In this document: in pieces, positions 35,016 through 48,559 of the stretch
How positions within the stretch are numbered: the first letter of the stretch is position 1
How the letters are laid out: each line of letters begins with the position of its first letter
Origin: Psammoneis japonica
Lineage: Eukaryota
Assembly: GCA_008632985.1 (NCBI GenBank)
Contig: QPGO01000217.1
Coordinates: 1-64,000 of the forward strand
Length of the DNA: 64,000 nt
Direction: 5' to 3'
The notes under the pieces: generated by a model
Told to the model about the DNA's origin: nothing
The model's input: only the letters and a program-made list of their open reading frames with translations
Databases searched by the model: none
Program-made: the position numbers and the translations under genes

Positions 35016-38000
35016 ATGATACCAGGGATGACTTCAGCATGTGCTCCTGAGAACGGCATCATTGATGGCAAGACAAGCGACAGCGAGGATGACTTGAAAG
35101 ACATGTTTGGCAGTGATGACGACTCGACTGGCGAAAGCGAGGAGGTATGCAACAACAACACATCACGACAAGAGCGCGACGAATCATCGGATCAGGACTT
35201 ACTTGACATGTTTGGTGAGAGTGACGAAGATTTCAATGTGACTGCTAAACAACAACCTCAGAATCACCAAGATGACCTTCAAACAGTAAAAGTGCCTAGA
35301 AAGAACGGAGTAGCGAAAAAGAAAGAAAATGCTCTCCTCCTTGGAAAGCGCATGGCCAAAGCAATTCTGGAACAGCAAGAAAAGAAGCAACAGGTAAAAG
35401 CAAACAAGCTCGCACGTACATCCATTACGACTAGGTCTGAGCCCATTATGCGTTCTCAGGATAGGAATGTGTACTATCGACCCGTTTCCATGGATCACTA
35501 TTTTAAGAACTTGATGGAATGGGATTTTGTTCGAGACTTGAACAAAACACAACAGCAACAACTGAACACGACACTGACTTCTAGCGAGACCGAAGGCACG
35601 GCTCTACCAGATACATTTTCATCGGTTCAAGAATACAAAGCAAAATGGTCGCCCTTGCTCCTGCAAGAGGTGAAATCACAAATCCTCTCCGAGCTTTCCT
35701 CGGAGATAATACCGCATTGGTCCAAAGGACAAGCTCTGTTTCCCGTAATTGTCGAATCCTTGTCCGCCACATCATGTCCCGTAGCAAATCAAGTCACACT
35801 GGTGATACGTACGGCAACCTCGGTCCGCGGTGGTAATAATGCTGGGAACGACGACAAATCATTCATAAATGACGCCTATGTTCTTGTGGCAGATTCTCGT
35901 TGCCTTTTCGACGCCGCCAATGGCAAGTTGGACCAGAACCAAAGTCGCCTTGGTATTGTTGGACTTGCCACTAATCGAGTTACGGCGTTGGATGGTTTGA
36001 ACCTCACTGTTTCGTTGAGAATATGGCGGGCTATGGAGAAGCGGCGAGACATGTTCATCACCAAGGTTGGTTCAAGCATTACTTGTAAGTGTTTCGATGT
36101 GACACAAGTGAAGAAAGTTTGGGCTATTTTACGCAGGTACTTACAATCAGCTTTGTCCCTTGAAACAGCTCAGCGGGAATTTGTCGCCTTGTGTCAAATG
36201 GAGAAGATATTGTTGAAAAAGAGTTTGCTAGAAGCCAAGGCGCCGTTGGAAGCCACGTTGGCTTCAGAAGATTTGTTTGGCGACTTGCTGACGGAACAAG
36301 GTGGAGATAAAGCGCTGGGTATCGGCTTTCGTATTTACATCAAGTCAAAGTTTAACCCATCGCAAATTCGTGCAATTACGGCTGCAGCTCGAGAGTACGG
36401 CCACGGAGGATTCACGCTTGTGAAGGGTCCCCCCGGCACAGGTGCGTTTCTTCACATTGCTTATCTGAATTGACAGTTCTTATACTCAATCATCTCTTTC
36501 TTCAGGAAAGACAACAACACTAGTGGCATTGCTTAATGCGATCCATTTGAAACAGTACCAGATCTACTACCAACAGATTGAGAGGATTGCCACGCAACAA
36601 AAGTTGGGTTCATCATGTACGAGTGCGGATTCCATCAACGCAGCCGCGCAAGTCAAGCCCCGAATCCTTGTCTGCGCCCCCTCCAATGCAGCCGTGGACA
36701 ATGTTATTGTGAAAATAACTAAAGATGGCTTTGTAGATGGAAATGGTGGCAGGTACAACCCTTCAATCGTCAGGGTGGGCAATCGGCAGAGCACGCAAGT
36801 TAACAATGTTTCTCTAAGGACGCTTGTCGATCAGGTTCTTGCTGAGGGAACTGATCAGAACAAACTCGAGTCCTTGATTTCTTACTGTAAAACCGAACTG
36901 AAAAGATTTAAAGTTGAGATCAATAAGGTGGAGCAAAGATTGCGTGCTCTGGTGGAGGCTTCGCCTAAGCCGTTGTCAAGTGACTGGGAGATACGGATAG
37001 ACGAAGAAACGTTTGATCATACAAAGCGGGTCCTTTTTGTCAATCACCGTCTCAAAGAAACTCGACTTGATGCCCCGTTGCCAGCAGGACCAGGTGAAGA
37101 AGCTTGTCCTACCGAAAAGATGCCGCACTACCGTTCGCTCATGGACAACCTCGTCAAATACGTCGAGCGATACAGCTCTGTGTCAAGCAAGCTGCGCCAA
37201 TACAAGCTGGTCGAGACTACGAATCAGTGCATAGTCAAGAATGGACGTTCTAGCCACGCGGCGGTATCTCTGATGGATGAGTTGGAAACGCATCTTATCA
37301 ACAACTCTCACATTGTTATGACAACTCTTGGGTCAGCCGGTTCCAAAAAGATCGAGTCAGCGCAAAAGTTTGCCGTAGTCGTTGTTGATGAAGCAGCACA
37401 ATGCTCAGAACCAGCAACATTGATAGCCTTGCAATTGGGAAGCTCTCAGGCAGTACTAATGGGCGATCCACAGCAGCTCCCCGCCACAGTATTTTCACTC
37501 TCCGGACGAAACACCAAGTATGGTCGCAGCCTCTTCCAACGACTCGAGGAGGCTGGGCATCCCGTCCATATGCTAAATACGCAATATCGAATGAATCCAG
37601 CCATTTCAGACTTTCCTCGTCGCATCTTTTATGATGGCACACTTCTGGATGGGCGAAATGTGAAGGATCCTCAGTATGGCGGTGTACTGAACAAAACGAT
37701 TCGGTTGAAGTTTCCTACGTTTAAGGTACAGTAGGCATACAACGTGCTTGCCCTGCTTTCTCTGCATCAACTGAACACCGATCCATCTAATTGAACTTTC
37801 TTAAAGCCGTTCACGATTCTAGACCTTGGAAGCTCCGAAGCTCGAGATGGCACTAGCTTGTCGAATTCAGAAGAAGTAGACCTCGCTCTCCATCTTTACA
37901 ACAGTCTGGAAGTCAAAACATCTGGGATGCTGTCCAAATGCCAGGTGGCAGTTATAACGCCGTATTCCCGGCAGGCTGCGCTGTTAAAGCAAGCGTTTAC

Positions 38001-38433
38001 GGATCATTTTGGACCGACAATGCGCATGCCGGTAGAGATCAGCACTATCGATGCGTTTCAAGGAAAGGAGGCAGATGTGGTGATTTTCTCCTGCGTCCGA
38101 GCAGCAACCGGCGGTGGTATTGGGTTCCTGAGCGATGTGCAGAGGATGAATGTTGCGTTGACGCGAGCGAAACACTACCTTTTTGTAATTGCGAGTATTC
38201 GGTGAGTCAACTTGTCTGAAATGAAGAAAGCACCACTTTTCGTTCGCTTACGCCCTCTTTTGTTCGTTTTCCTACGCAGCACAATCGTGGTCAACCCGTA
38301 TTGGAAGAACTTAGTTGAGCATGCTCGAGAGTGTGGTTCGATCTTTCAAGTATCAAGAACACCGCACTTCCCTGACCTTTCAAAGTTGACGCCGTTGGGA
38401 CCTCAGTCAGTTTCGTCATCACAACAAACTTGA
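35016..38433 (+). CDS. Sen1/senataxin-like UPF1-family SF1 helicase (introns 36085-36168, 36442-36505, 37726-37806, 38202-38279)
   Basis: Spliced GPPGTGKTT, ILVCAPSNAAVD, VVVDEAAQ, GDPQQLPAT, SLFQRL, LNTQYRM, ITPYSRQ, TIDAFQGKEAD, RMNVALTRAK; all introns are GT-AG and frame-consistent. Confidence 0.93.
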
Positions 38434-38526
38434 GTTACGCGAAGCCTTTGTTCCACGTACTTTAGCTTCGAAACTATGCCCTTGCATCAAAGCATAAACA
38501 GTTTTGTGTATCAACTTTAAAACAAC

Positions 38527-39684
38527 TTATAGCTCATTGTCGTGTTCCTCTAAGGAGTCTAGCGCAGCTTTTATTGCTACTGTTTTCGCATCAAAGAACT
38601 GGGTTAGAATATCCCATTCATTCTTTGGCACTGATCCTCTATCCTTCAGGTCTGAATCCCTCATTCCTTCAAGTTTCTTGAGATGCTGATGGAGGAAAAG
38701 GACCCCATCCTTGTCTGGCAATCCAAAAACGTCCTGCCCTGGGTGCTCGGACTCCAGTTCCCACCAAATTTCAAGTTCGAACTCTTGGCTTTCGTCGATC
38801 TCTTCGTGATCAAGAAAGATTTCGAAGTAAATATCGTGATCAAGAAAGATCCAACGCTGGGGATATTCCTCCACAAATCCAAAGTCTCGGAGGTTTTCAG
38901 CCGTACCCCAATAAGAAGCTGAATCTCCACAGTCCACGCATAGATCGTAGGTTGCGTATATTTCTTCGCCTTTACGGATCGTTTTGGAAGATCTAACGCG
39001 GAGCATTCCGTCCTTGCCATTCTCATGAAGAGGGTTATGTTCTGTGTTAATGAGTCCATTGTGATGGTTCACCATATCCCATATTGGAATGAGTGCGGTA
39101 TCATACCCCCGCTGCACGGTCATTGCCACAGCGTGCTCTTTTTCAACGTTGCCTTGCACGCAATTTTTACCATAGTGCCAATCGATGAAATCCACAACGT
39201 CACTTTTTGGAGTCAGCATTTTTCGTAGCACATCCTTTCCTGCTTTCGACCATGTTGCTGGCAATTGACCATGCTTTTGAGTCTTTAAAAATCTAACATA
39301 AGGGGCATAATTGGAGTCCTTGTCGAGTTTCATTTCATGCATCAACTTTTCTGCCAAACGGCACACATTATCATAGTAGCGAGGACCTTCAGACTCTTTA
39401 CCACTTGCTTCTTCTTCTTCGTCCCATAAGGCTATATAACAAGAGTGAGGGACATCAAATAAGCGTTCATGGGCGTCGATATCTTGCTTTGCAAACACTC
39501 CACCATAGTACGAATTTGTGTTATTATCAAACACACGCCGAATCTCTACAATACTGTCGTTGAAGAAACCTCCTTCGGAACGGACCCAATCCACAATATC
39601 GTCCATAAGTGGGTCAGGACGAACCAGAATGGGCACCAGTAGCAGCTCCAATGCGAAAAAAGAGCGTCTCATCATGGCCGTCAT
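38527..39684 (-). CDS. SET-domain protein (Rubisco-LSMT/SETD3-like) with an N-terminal signal-like peptide
   Basis: WVRSEGG, GGVFAKQDI, LIPIWDMVNHHN, IRKGEEIYATY, LRDFGFVE. Confidence 0.88.
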   Translation of the reverse strand: MTAMMRRSFFALELLLVPILVRPDPLMDDIVDWVRSEGGFFNDSIVEIRRVFDNNTNSYYGGVFAKQDIDAHERLFDVPHSCYIALWDEEEEASGKESEGPRYYDNVCRLAEKLMHEMKLDKDSNYAPYVRFLKTQKHGQLPATWSKAGKDVLRKMLTPKSDVVDFIDWHYGKNCVQGNVEKEHAVAMTVQRGYDTALIPIWDMVNHHNGLINTEHNPLHENGKDGMLRVRSSKTIRKGEEIYATYDLCVDCGDSASYWGTAENLRDFGFVEEYPQRWIFLDHDIYFEIFLDHEEIDESQEFELEIWWELESEHPGQDVFGLPDKDGVLFLHQHLKKLEGMRDSDLKDRGSVPKNEWDILTQFFDAKTVAIKAALDSLEEHDNEL

Positions 39685-39991
39685 TGCTCCTTAAATTTTC
39701 GACTTATTTCTCATTTCTCATCGACTGCGTCGAGCAATCACCAGCCTTTCAGAATCAGTCTTGTGTACTCTTATCTATCCGTGACTCAAATCTAAGTACT
39801 TTGTACGTGACTCATTATTTCTTCTTCTTCTTGAATAAGCAATCTCTCAAACAAAACCAAAATAGTCGCATTGAATAGAACGGTGTGGAAGCGTAAGCCC
39901 GCAGGCAACGCAAGCGCAACAACGCAGAAAAACGCAACAAAAACAAATAACAAAACGCAAGCAGGTGCCGGTATGCATATCAATACGTACA

Positions 39992-40849
39992 ATGTCTTCT
40001 TCTCGTCACTCCAACGCAGTCCTAAATCATAACAAAAGGATTCCCTGCTTGGACTTACACGGCAAACGCCGAGACGAAGCAATCCGTGCATTCACGTGCT
40101 TTGCGGAACAGCATTCACACGAATGGATCACAGTCGTTACAGGAACAGGACAGCACTCGTCTCATTCGGGAGGACCAGTCTTGAAGAATGCCATTGAGAA
40201 ATTATTGAAAAAGAGAGAAATGGAATATCAATACGAAAAGGGATGCTTTCTTGTCAACTGCAATTCGGGACACGAATTGACAAAGTCTGAAAAAGTCGAT
40301 ACCAAACTCCTATTTCAATCCAAGAAACATGCTTCCCAAGAAGTCAAATTGGTGAATCGACCCAAGCACGCCGCACAGAGCCATGAGCATCAAGAAACAA
40401 CAACAATCTTTACAAGTAGTGCGCAGCACGAACCGCTACCGAGCCAAGTATCACAACATGATGACACATTCCTCCAGGCCAAATTGAGGAGCGTTGCCGA
40501 ATACAACCTTGCGCGAAAGCATGCAATGAAGGATAAAAGGGAACTTGAGCGAGCCATTCATGAATCTAAAAAACCTATAATTGATCCAGAATTGGAACGA
40601 GCCATGTCCTTGTCACAGTTGGAGTTTTTGGAAAAGCAGCAAGAGGACGACGAGCTGTTGAGAAGAGTTCAGTCACTGTCGGAGCTAGAATCGAATGAGA
40701 CGGAGAGTGCCTTTGAAGCTCAATTACAAGAGGCATTGGCTTTGTCTACACAACAACAAAATGAGAGCATAAGTAATGACGAAGCCTTGTTGCAGCAAGC
40801 CATTTCTCTGTCGCTTCAAGAGCGAGTCGAAGAGTCGTCACTGTCATGA
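39992..40849 (+). CDS. Smr-domain protein with C-terminal UIM-like motifs
   Basis: LDLHG...A, VVTGTGQHS...GPVLK; repeated LERAMSLS / LQEALALS / LQQAISLS motifs. Confidence 0.85.
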   Translation: MSSSRHSNAVLNHNKRIPCLDLHGKRRDEAIRAFTCFAEQHSHEWITVVTGTGQHSSHSGGPVLKNAIEKLLKKREMEYQYEKGCFLVNCNSGHELTKSEKVDTKLLFQSKKHASQEVKLVNRPKHAAQSHEHQETTTIFTSSAQHEPLPSQVSQHDDTFLQAKLRSVAEYNLARKHAMKDKRELERAIHESKKPIIDPELERAMSLSQLEFLEKQQEDDELLRRVQSLSELESNETESAFEAQLQEALALSTQQQNESISNDEALLQQAISLSLQERVEESSLS

Positions 40850-41651
40850 TGCCTGCAGCATGATAACACATACTCTTGGATGGCTTGGTGCTTTTGCGAC
40901 CACGCCATCTCTTTGTGAATGTGCTTTGGGTGGATGGAGTCTGCCCGTAACCGCGGACACTGTGACTGGTAAAAGAGTTCTGTATTGTTGAGGTTATTGC
41001 AACCGCTTTGTCTTGTTTTGAATTGAAGAGGAATGTAGAGAGCATTATTGGGCCGTGTCTACGAAGGTTTGCCAAGCCGACTCTAGTAGCTGTCGGCAGA
41101 TGGGGCAAGAAGTGTCTGATTGTAGAGCGGAGTATACATATGGGTCCTAAAATAGTATTGGCTTTGGGTAGCTATTGGTCTTTTGCTCACTGTCGTCATT
41201 CGATTTCGGAATCGAGCATTATGTGTTTAACTGCGAAAACAGGTAGATAGGTCTTGAGTGTTGGCAGTGCCCGCACTCAATTGCATCCTTCGTCGAGACC
41301 TCTCTAGAGGATTAAAATTGCAAAAAAGTTGGATAGTTGGATGTCTAAATCAGCAATAGCTACTGTACTCTACTAAGAGAGTAGTAGGTAGGGCTCTAGT
41401 AGAGAGATACAACTCTGAGCAAGGAGTTGGAACAACTCGACTTCATTTTTTGAAAAGGACAGTCGATGCGATGGCGCGCGCGCGGACATTTATTTAGTCG
41501 GGTGACTCAAATGAGCAGTGCGTAGCCACTCAAAAACTTCCCTCCGGCAGACCGCGGCCATCATATTTTTTCTTTTCTTCACATTCAAAAAACGAAAACA
41601 ACGAGCAGTCGGAATACAACACAGAGGGTGAAAGGATCACCAATATAAGAG

Positions 41652-43632
41652 ATGATATCATGTGTGGAATGGGTACCAAAGGGTGTTGCAAACCCAAATC
41701 CGAAACGATATGAAATGAGTGCGGCAGAAGCTGAAATGATTGCACAGCTTGAGCAGCAGGAAGAGCTCGACGACGAGGAACAAGCAAATAATAATGCCGT
41801 GAATCGTAAAGGTAAATCTAAAGCTCTTCCCAAAGTGGATCCATCGTCGTTACCTGCTGATTTACGAATGGACGAGTACTCGAGTGATGATGAGGATGAT
41901 GATGATCGCAAAGGTGGTGCAATGATTGGAAATTTGTTGATTGGATCCGACCAAGCACAGGAGCACCAGGAGGAACAACAAGACCAAGACGAAGACGACA
42001 TGATGATCAACAACGACGACGAAAGCGATGACGACGGTGATGACAATCTAGAAGATATTCCGGATACAAGAGAGTATATGCCACTATCACTTGAAGGTTT
42101 GGAAGCAATGGGTTTGGGTAACGGAGGTGCTGTCGGTCCGTATAACGGAGAGGAGGAAGACTATGAAGATGCGAGCGATGCAGAAGATGTTCGATTGTCT
42201 CCTAACGATGCACTTTTGATCGTTGCAAAAACAGAAGAGGTGAGCTACTTGTATAACGCATATTGCTGTTGGGTCCCTTTGCATTGAATAGCTCTAATAC
42301 CTCTTGTCGTATAATCGAGTCATCCTCAGGACTTTGCATCACTGGAAGTGCACGTATACGAAGAGGACACGGGGAACTTGTTTGTCCATCACGATATTGC
42401 GTTGCCCTCCTTTCCATTGTGTCTAGCTCATGGAGACTTGGTGGGTAATGACTGTGGAAATTACTGTGCGGTTGGAACGTTTTCTCCTGGGATTGAAATA
42501 TGGAATCTTGACGTTTTGAATGCGTTGGAACCGACTTGTATCTTGGGTGGGTTGCATCATGAAGGTTCGTTCCAATCACGCATCATGGGAGAAGTACCAA
42601 GCAACACATTACCCGGTACCAACACTAGTCATACGGATGCTGTCATGTCATTAAGCTGGAACAAGGTACACCGGCAGGTGATTGCCTCGGGATCGGCGGA
42701 CAACACGGTCAAACTGTGGGATGTTACACAGGCTGCCAATTCCAGTTCTGTCGGAGCAACCTCTTGTCTATCTCATCATTCTGGCAAGGTTGCGGCTGTA
42801 TCGTGGCATCCATCCGAAGGAACCTTGCTTGCGACGGGATCCTACGATAAGTCTGTGGCGTTGGTCGATGCTCGATCATTGGCCAATAACTCTGTCAAAC
42901 GTGTCAAAATTACCGCGGACGTGGAAGCAATCGCTTGGGATCCTTTTGCTTCTCACTTGCTGACGGTGGCGAGTGAAGATGGGACGGTCAAGTGTTGGGA
43001 TGTACGAAACTTTCAAACCAAAACGCCCTTGTGGTCATTTGTAGCCAATGAATACGGGGGTGTCAGCGACTTGTCCTACAACAGGTGAGTCGCCCATTCA
43101 TAACATATTGTTTCATAGTTTTGCATGTCGTATGGTCAACGTCGAAATGTTTGTCACTATTATCAACAGTCAAGTTCCGGGTATGATGATGACGTGTGCT
43201 ATTGACAAGACCGTAACACTTTGGGATACTCACCAAAAACAAGAAAACAGAAGTAGCGAGTATGTCTACGAACCTCTCTCTTCACCTCCTCGTGCTTGCG
43301 GTACAAAAGAAATGGGAGTTGGAAAACTTTATTCGGTATCCTTTTATCCCTCCTCTCCGTGGCTGTTGGGTTGTGGCGGCAGTGGAAACGAGGTGGCAGT
43401 GTGGGACGTGACGCGAGAGAATGCCATTCAGAATCGATTTGGAGAACGAGTCGTCCGAAGTTCCAATATGGTCGTCGAGCCGGAACAAGGTGGAGCCACA
43501 GAAAAGGAAGCGAATTATGAGGCGATAATGGCAAAAGGCGACGCGGCTGCGACGGAAAGGGCACAACAGAAAAAGAACAAAACAAAGAAAAAGAAGGGAA
43601 AACAGAAGAAGGCGCACCGCAAGGGACGCTAG
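41652..43632 (+). CDS. PWP1: Periodic tryptophan protein 1 homolog (WD40, ribosome biogenesis); introns 42240-42329, 43085-43169
   Basis: MISCVEWVPKGVA, LRMDEYSSDDE, LEVHVYEEDTGNLFVHHDIALPSFPLCL, AVGTFSPGIEIWNLD, HTDAVMSLSWN, ASGSADNTVKLWD. Confidence 0.93.
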
Positions 43633-44421
43633 GGCTAGAGAGTCGTCTCTCAATATAGCTTCAGTGACTATATTGTACCTACGGAAAACTATAGCTTCAG
43701 TGCCGATACAAAAATTAGTCTAGATCTGCAACGTTCTTCTCTTTACCAGTACACTCTACTAGCTAGAGCTTGTAGCAACAATGTCGCACAAGCATGAAGA
43801 AACGAAACTCGGAATGTACCATGCTCACGTTTTCAACCAAAATTATTTTTAGTAGCGGAAAGTAGCTTTGACAAAATGAGTAGAGCGATTTGATTGATCT
43901 TTACTTGTCCGTATTCGATATGGAGATGCGGACGACTTGTTCCCGTTCTCCATATTCCGCCATTCCTCCGTTTCAGCGCCTCTATATCAATTTTGGAGCA
44001 TCGAGCAATTTTTGTGCATCACAAGCCCTCATTGCAAACACAGTGTAAACCAAGCATCTGCCACCGTATCCTTAGTTCTCAAGAGAAAGATTCTTTTTGC
44101 CTCTGTTGTTGGCACATTGACAAAAGAAGAACGAATAATTCTTTGGAAATACGAAAACAGAGCTTCGGACGAATGAGATGCAAGAAATCAAAATTAGAAT
44201 AAAGCTAGACAGCTCTAGACTGAACTGTTTTAAACTAAGTATCTGAAGTGGATGCATCGCATCATAATGTGCACCACAACAGGACAGGCAGCTCCAACGA
44301 AGGTCGTGACCGCTAATAGTGCTCTCCAAAAACAACGAAACCCGCCCATTACTTCCTCGAACTAAAACATTAACTCGTTTTGCGCACTTGCTCTCTCTCC
44401 TTTTGAAAAAGACACACGCGA

Positions 44422-47400
44422 TTAAACACCCCTCGCTCTCGTCAACCATTTCTCTTTGTTTCCCTTTTTCACCCATGCCCACTGGCCATCATTGTGGACA
44501 AGGTCCATCTCGTCTTCCCATGCACGATTTTCCCTTTCGGTTGCAATTTCCTGAATGTCCCGATAAGCCTGGAGTGGGAGCTCCGTCTTGGTCAGCTTTG
44601 CAATCCGATCCAAAACGTTACTGTCGTCATCAGGCGTAGATAGACAATCCTTCAGGCCATCTCTGATATCCTCAAACGCATCCTCGCCCAGGAGCATCTT
44701 TTCTTCGTAGAACTGCTGGATAAACTCCAACTTCGCATTGTCGTCACCGCCCGTCATCCAATCCGGTAGCGGGATTGGAAGGCCGTACGTTACTGCAACT
44801 GCCCGAAGAACAAGCAAACTAAACTTGAGTACTGGAAGCGATCGCTTCACCCACGTTTTGAGTTGTTTAAGCTTGATATACGACGTAATGGGCGACTGGT
44901 CGTAATCGCACAAGAACATCAACTTGTACTTTCGAGTAAAAGGGCGCTTGAGGGAGCTTGGTGCGGGGTATATGATACACAAGCGAGGACAGTTTAGCTT
45001 GGAAGTCGCCAGGAGTGATATTCCCTGGCCGACGACTTTATTAACAGATTCGATTCCAAGTCGAAACTCCCTGATAATTCGATTGATGTCATCACTCGTG
45101 GCGTGGGTCTTCCTTCGTTGATCCGCAGCTACAATGGCGTTGGCCCATCCATAAGTCGGAATCAGCTTGTAGAGACTTGTAGCAACAAAAAAGCACCCGC
45201 CGCAAGTAATTTGCCCACAAAGAACACCCTTTCGAGAGCAATCTACGCAAGAGGTACATGGACAGGGAAACTGGTTGGCTCCCAAGTTAGACTGCGCAAG
45301 ATCAGTCAAGCACTGCCTGCAAATAAAGTGGTGCAAGTCGCAGCCTTTTCCCCGATGGGAACGACCTTTGCACGATGAACATTTTCTACTCTGTGCCAGA
45401 GGCTTCTCATTGAGAGATGCGACGGATCCGGCTGCCAGGGTGCACTCGTATTGCGTCACTGTGGTCCGCTGAACCGGGGTAAGCGGCACTCTATTTTCTA
45501 GTTCAACGCACAAGTCGTCAAGAGCAAAGTAGAGTTCGTCCATGGAATATCGATCTTGTGGTACAGTGGCGGCACACTTCAAAGCAATCTCGAGAAGTTT
45601 GCTCGAGGTAGAGTCATCCTTCCAGTTAGTCCTCGCCGCTTTCACTCGTTGAAGTAGTTCGGACTTGTAGGCTCTACGTGCCTCATTGGTTGTGAGTGCA
45701 CCTTCCATCGGTGTAAAATATACATCGGACAAGATCATTACAATCATCAGCACTCCAACAGAGTAAACTTCACTCTTCTCGGTGAAATGGGGCCTTGCGG
45801 AACGGTATTCCGGCGCCATGAATGCTGGTGTTCCGGGGTTCGAGGTTAGAGTGCCACCAGGATTGGTTTGATCGACAATTTGCGCAATACCAAAGTCAAT
45901 CAATTTGGCACTCGGGGCGTCATCCCATTCCGTCTCGAGACAGATGTTGCTTGGCTTGATGTCACGATGATGAATGCCGTGGAGGTGTAGATGCCTCAAA
46001 GCAGCAACGGCATCAAGAGTAATCTTGGCAACGTGCCGGGGACTGAGCTTGGAGTTTTCATCTCTATCTTGAAGAACATCGTCCACTGTTCCATCCACGA
46101 AATACTCAACAACCAAATAATACTGATTCCTTTTCGGTACCTCCACGAACGAGTAGACCTGAACAACATTTTGATGCTGGATTTTCGACAAGTTCTAACA
46201 AGTGTAGAAGAGAATAAACGCTGGTAAGTATGCCGCAATATCAAAAGGAAGAAGAAGAACGTGGCACGACAGCTTACCTGGAGCTCTCTCTGGAATTCCT
46301 CCTCTGGATTTCGAAGTTGAGAAGTATCGAATTTCTTTACAGCGAAAAAGAGGTCGCGGTCATTTCCACGACAAACCGTACCGAATCGGCCATTTCCGAT
46401 TACCGACTTGAAATCATTGGTTGCGTTCGACAAGTACGACAAAGTCAACGGTTTAACGTCGCCTCCGCTCGAACCTTCTTCCATTGCCTTTTTCAATATC
46501 GACCGGCATTTCTCCAATTCCGCGTTGCTAGGAGCATTCAACGATCCGTGTAGCTCTATCCAATCCTTTTTCTCTGCCTCGAGCTGCTTCTCGCGTTTTT
46601 CTAATTCTCTCTGGATTCTAGCCGAAGCTTCCCAGTTACCTTTGTCACTTGCGTCAATGTACGCCTTGTTCAGCTCGTCGACTTTCGATTCAACGGATGT
46701 CCGGGTCAACAGAGAGTCCTTGTTTTTATTGTAATGGTTCTTCAACTTTTCTCTTCTTTTCTTCTTCAACTCATAATCTTTGCGTGCTTTTTGAACAGCC
46801 TTGGATGTAAAACTGCTTGCTCGCTGTACTGTGTCACGGGCCGTGGCAATATCCTGGTCCAAATTATGAATCTCCCAGTCCAGCCGCGTCCGAGTAGACG
46901 GCAACGATGGGTCGTCGTCTTTCTTTTTCTTTTCTGGTTGCGGCGGCGGCGTCGACTTGTGTGCTTTCAAGATCGACACTACTTGAGAATGGCGATTTCG
47001 TTTGGCCATGTCTAGCGCGCTCTGTTTACGAAACAGCCCAACTCTGAGATCGGCATTGGCTCCATGGTCCAAAAGAAGTTGGACGACCTCACCGTGTCCA
47101 TTCTTTGCGGCGGCCATGAGAGGCGTCTTTCCTCCTTTACAATTCGCATTTATTTTTGCGCCGCGATCCACCAAGACTTTTGCGGCATTCACATTTCCTT
47201 GTTGACTGGCGTGGTACAGCGCGGTCGAGCCATCCTGGTCGACTGCATCTACCTTTACGGCATCTTGAAGGAATCCCGCCAGCGCTTCCCAATCGCCATT
47301 GCGAGCCACATTTGGCAAATTCGTTTCCGCGTATTCTTGCCCTGAAAGAGACAACGGGAAAAAAGGTCGCATGAGAATTATCATTTTGCATGTTTATGCA

Positions 47401-48054
47401 TTTACAAAATCACACTGTAGCAATCCGGCGATGCAAAACCGAAAAACGCAATAACGTACGAGTCAATTTTGGCCGAGGCGGCGGATTTCGAGTCTTGTTC
47501 TTGTTTTGTTTCGCCAATGCCTTAATTTCGCGTTTCAACGTATCGGAAATGCCCTTGTTGCCGTCCAAGTCCAAGTCCTCCAAACTCCCATTGTGTCGTT
47601 GCAGCGTTTGCAGCAACGCTCTTGCACCGTCGTTGCCAATTTGGTTGTTCCAAAGATCGAGCTGTGTCAATGTCGTGTTGGTTTCGAGTGCCGCTGCGAA
47701 CGCTCTTGCACCGTCGTTGCCAATTTGGTTGTTCCAAAGAATGAGCTTTGTCAATGTCGTGTTGGTTTCGAGTGCCGCTGCGAACGCTCTTGCACCGTCG
47801 TTACCAATTTGGTTGTAGGAAAGATAGAGCTCTTTCAATGTCGTGTTGGTTTCGAGTACCGCTGCGAACGCTCTTGCACCGTCGTCACCAATTTGGTTGT
47901 AGGAAAAATAGAGCTCTTTCAATGTCGTGTTGTGTTTGAGTGCCGCTGCGAGCGCAATTGCACCGTCGTTACCAATTTGGTTGTCTCCAAGATCGAGCAC
48001 CGTCAATGTGGGATCATTTTCCCGGAGACGGCGACAGGCTTCTTCGAGTTTCAT
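44422..48054 (-). CDS. Multidomain protein: RI-type LRRs, ankyrin repeats, coiled coil, Ser/Thr kinase, Cys/His finger, C-terminal domain (introns 47342-47459, 46195-46277)
   Basis: 28-aa LRRs (L.L..NQIG.DGARAFAAALETNTTL); ankyrin GSTALYHA and GKTPLMAAA; kinase IGNGRFGTV, FAVKK, HRDIKPSN, DFG, GTPAFMAPE. Both GT-AG introns join the three ORF-track ORFs in frame. Confidence 0.85.
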
Positions 48055-48559
48055 GTGACTGCTGTTTGTTTTTGTTGCGCGCACACAACAATGACCAACA
48101 AAGTGCAAGGCACAAACAACAAAGAAGGAATGTCGTTTACGAGTGTGCCGTACGTGTGGTTGAATCGAGTCGAAATAGCAAGTCGATGCAACAACGAGAC
48201 GACGTAAGTAGTCTATGCAATGTGTTGCATGGAGAGTAATGATTGTGGCAACAACAAGAGCAAGAGATTGATGCGGTGGGTGTTGATGACCGCGATCGAT
48301 CCGCGAACTCTTGTTCGTGTTTTTGGATTTTTTCCAGCTCTGCTTTGATCGGAATTCGCAAAAAAGATTGGAATTCATAAGTGTCTGTTGAAGTTCCGAT
48401 TGGTACATTTGTACATGCAGGTTCACGTAGGAAACAGATGGAAGCTCGCAAAGCGTCTGTGTGTGTGTCCTGACACACGTTTCTTCCGGATTCTTCAACA
48501 ACGGAAGCAAAGACAAAAAGAACGAACGTCATTCGACACGATGACGCGATGACGCACAC

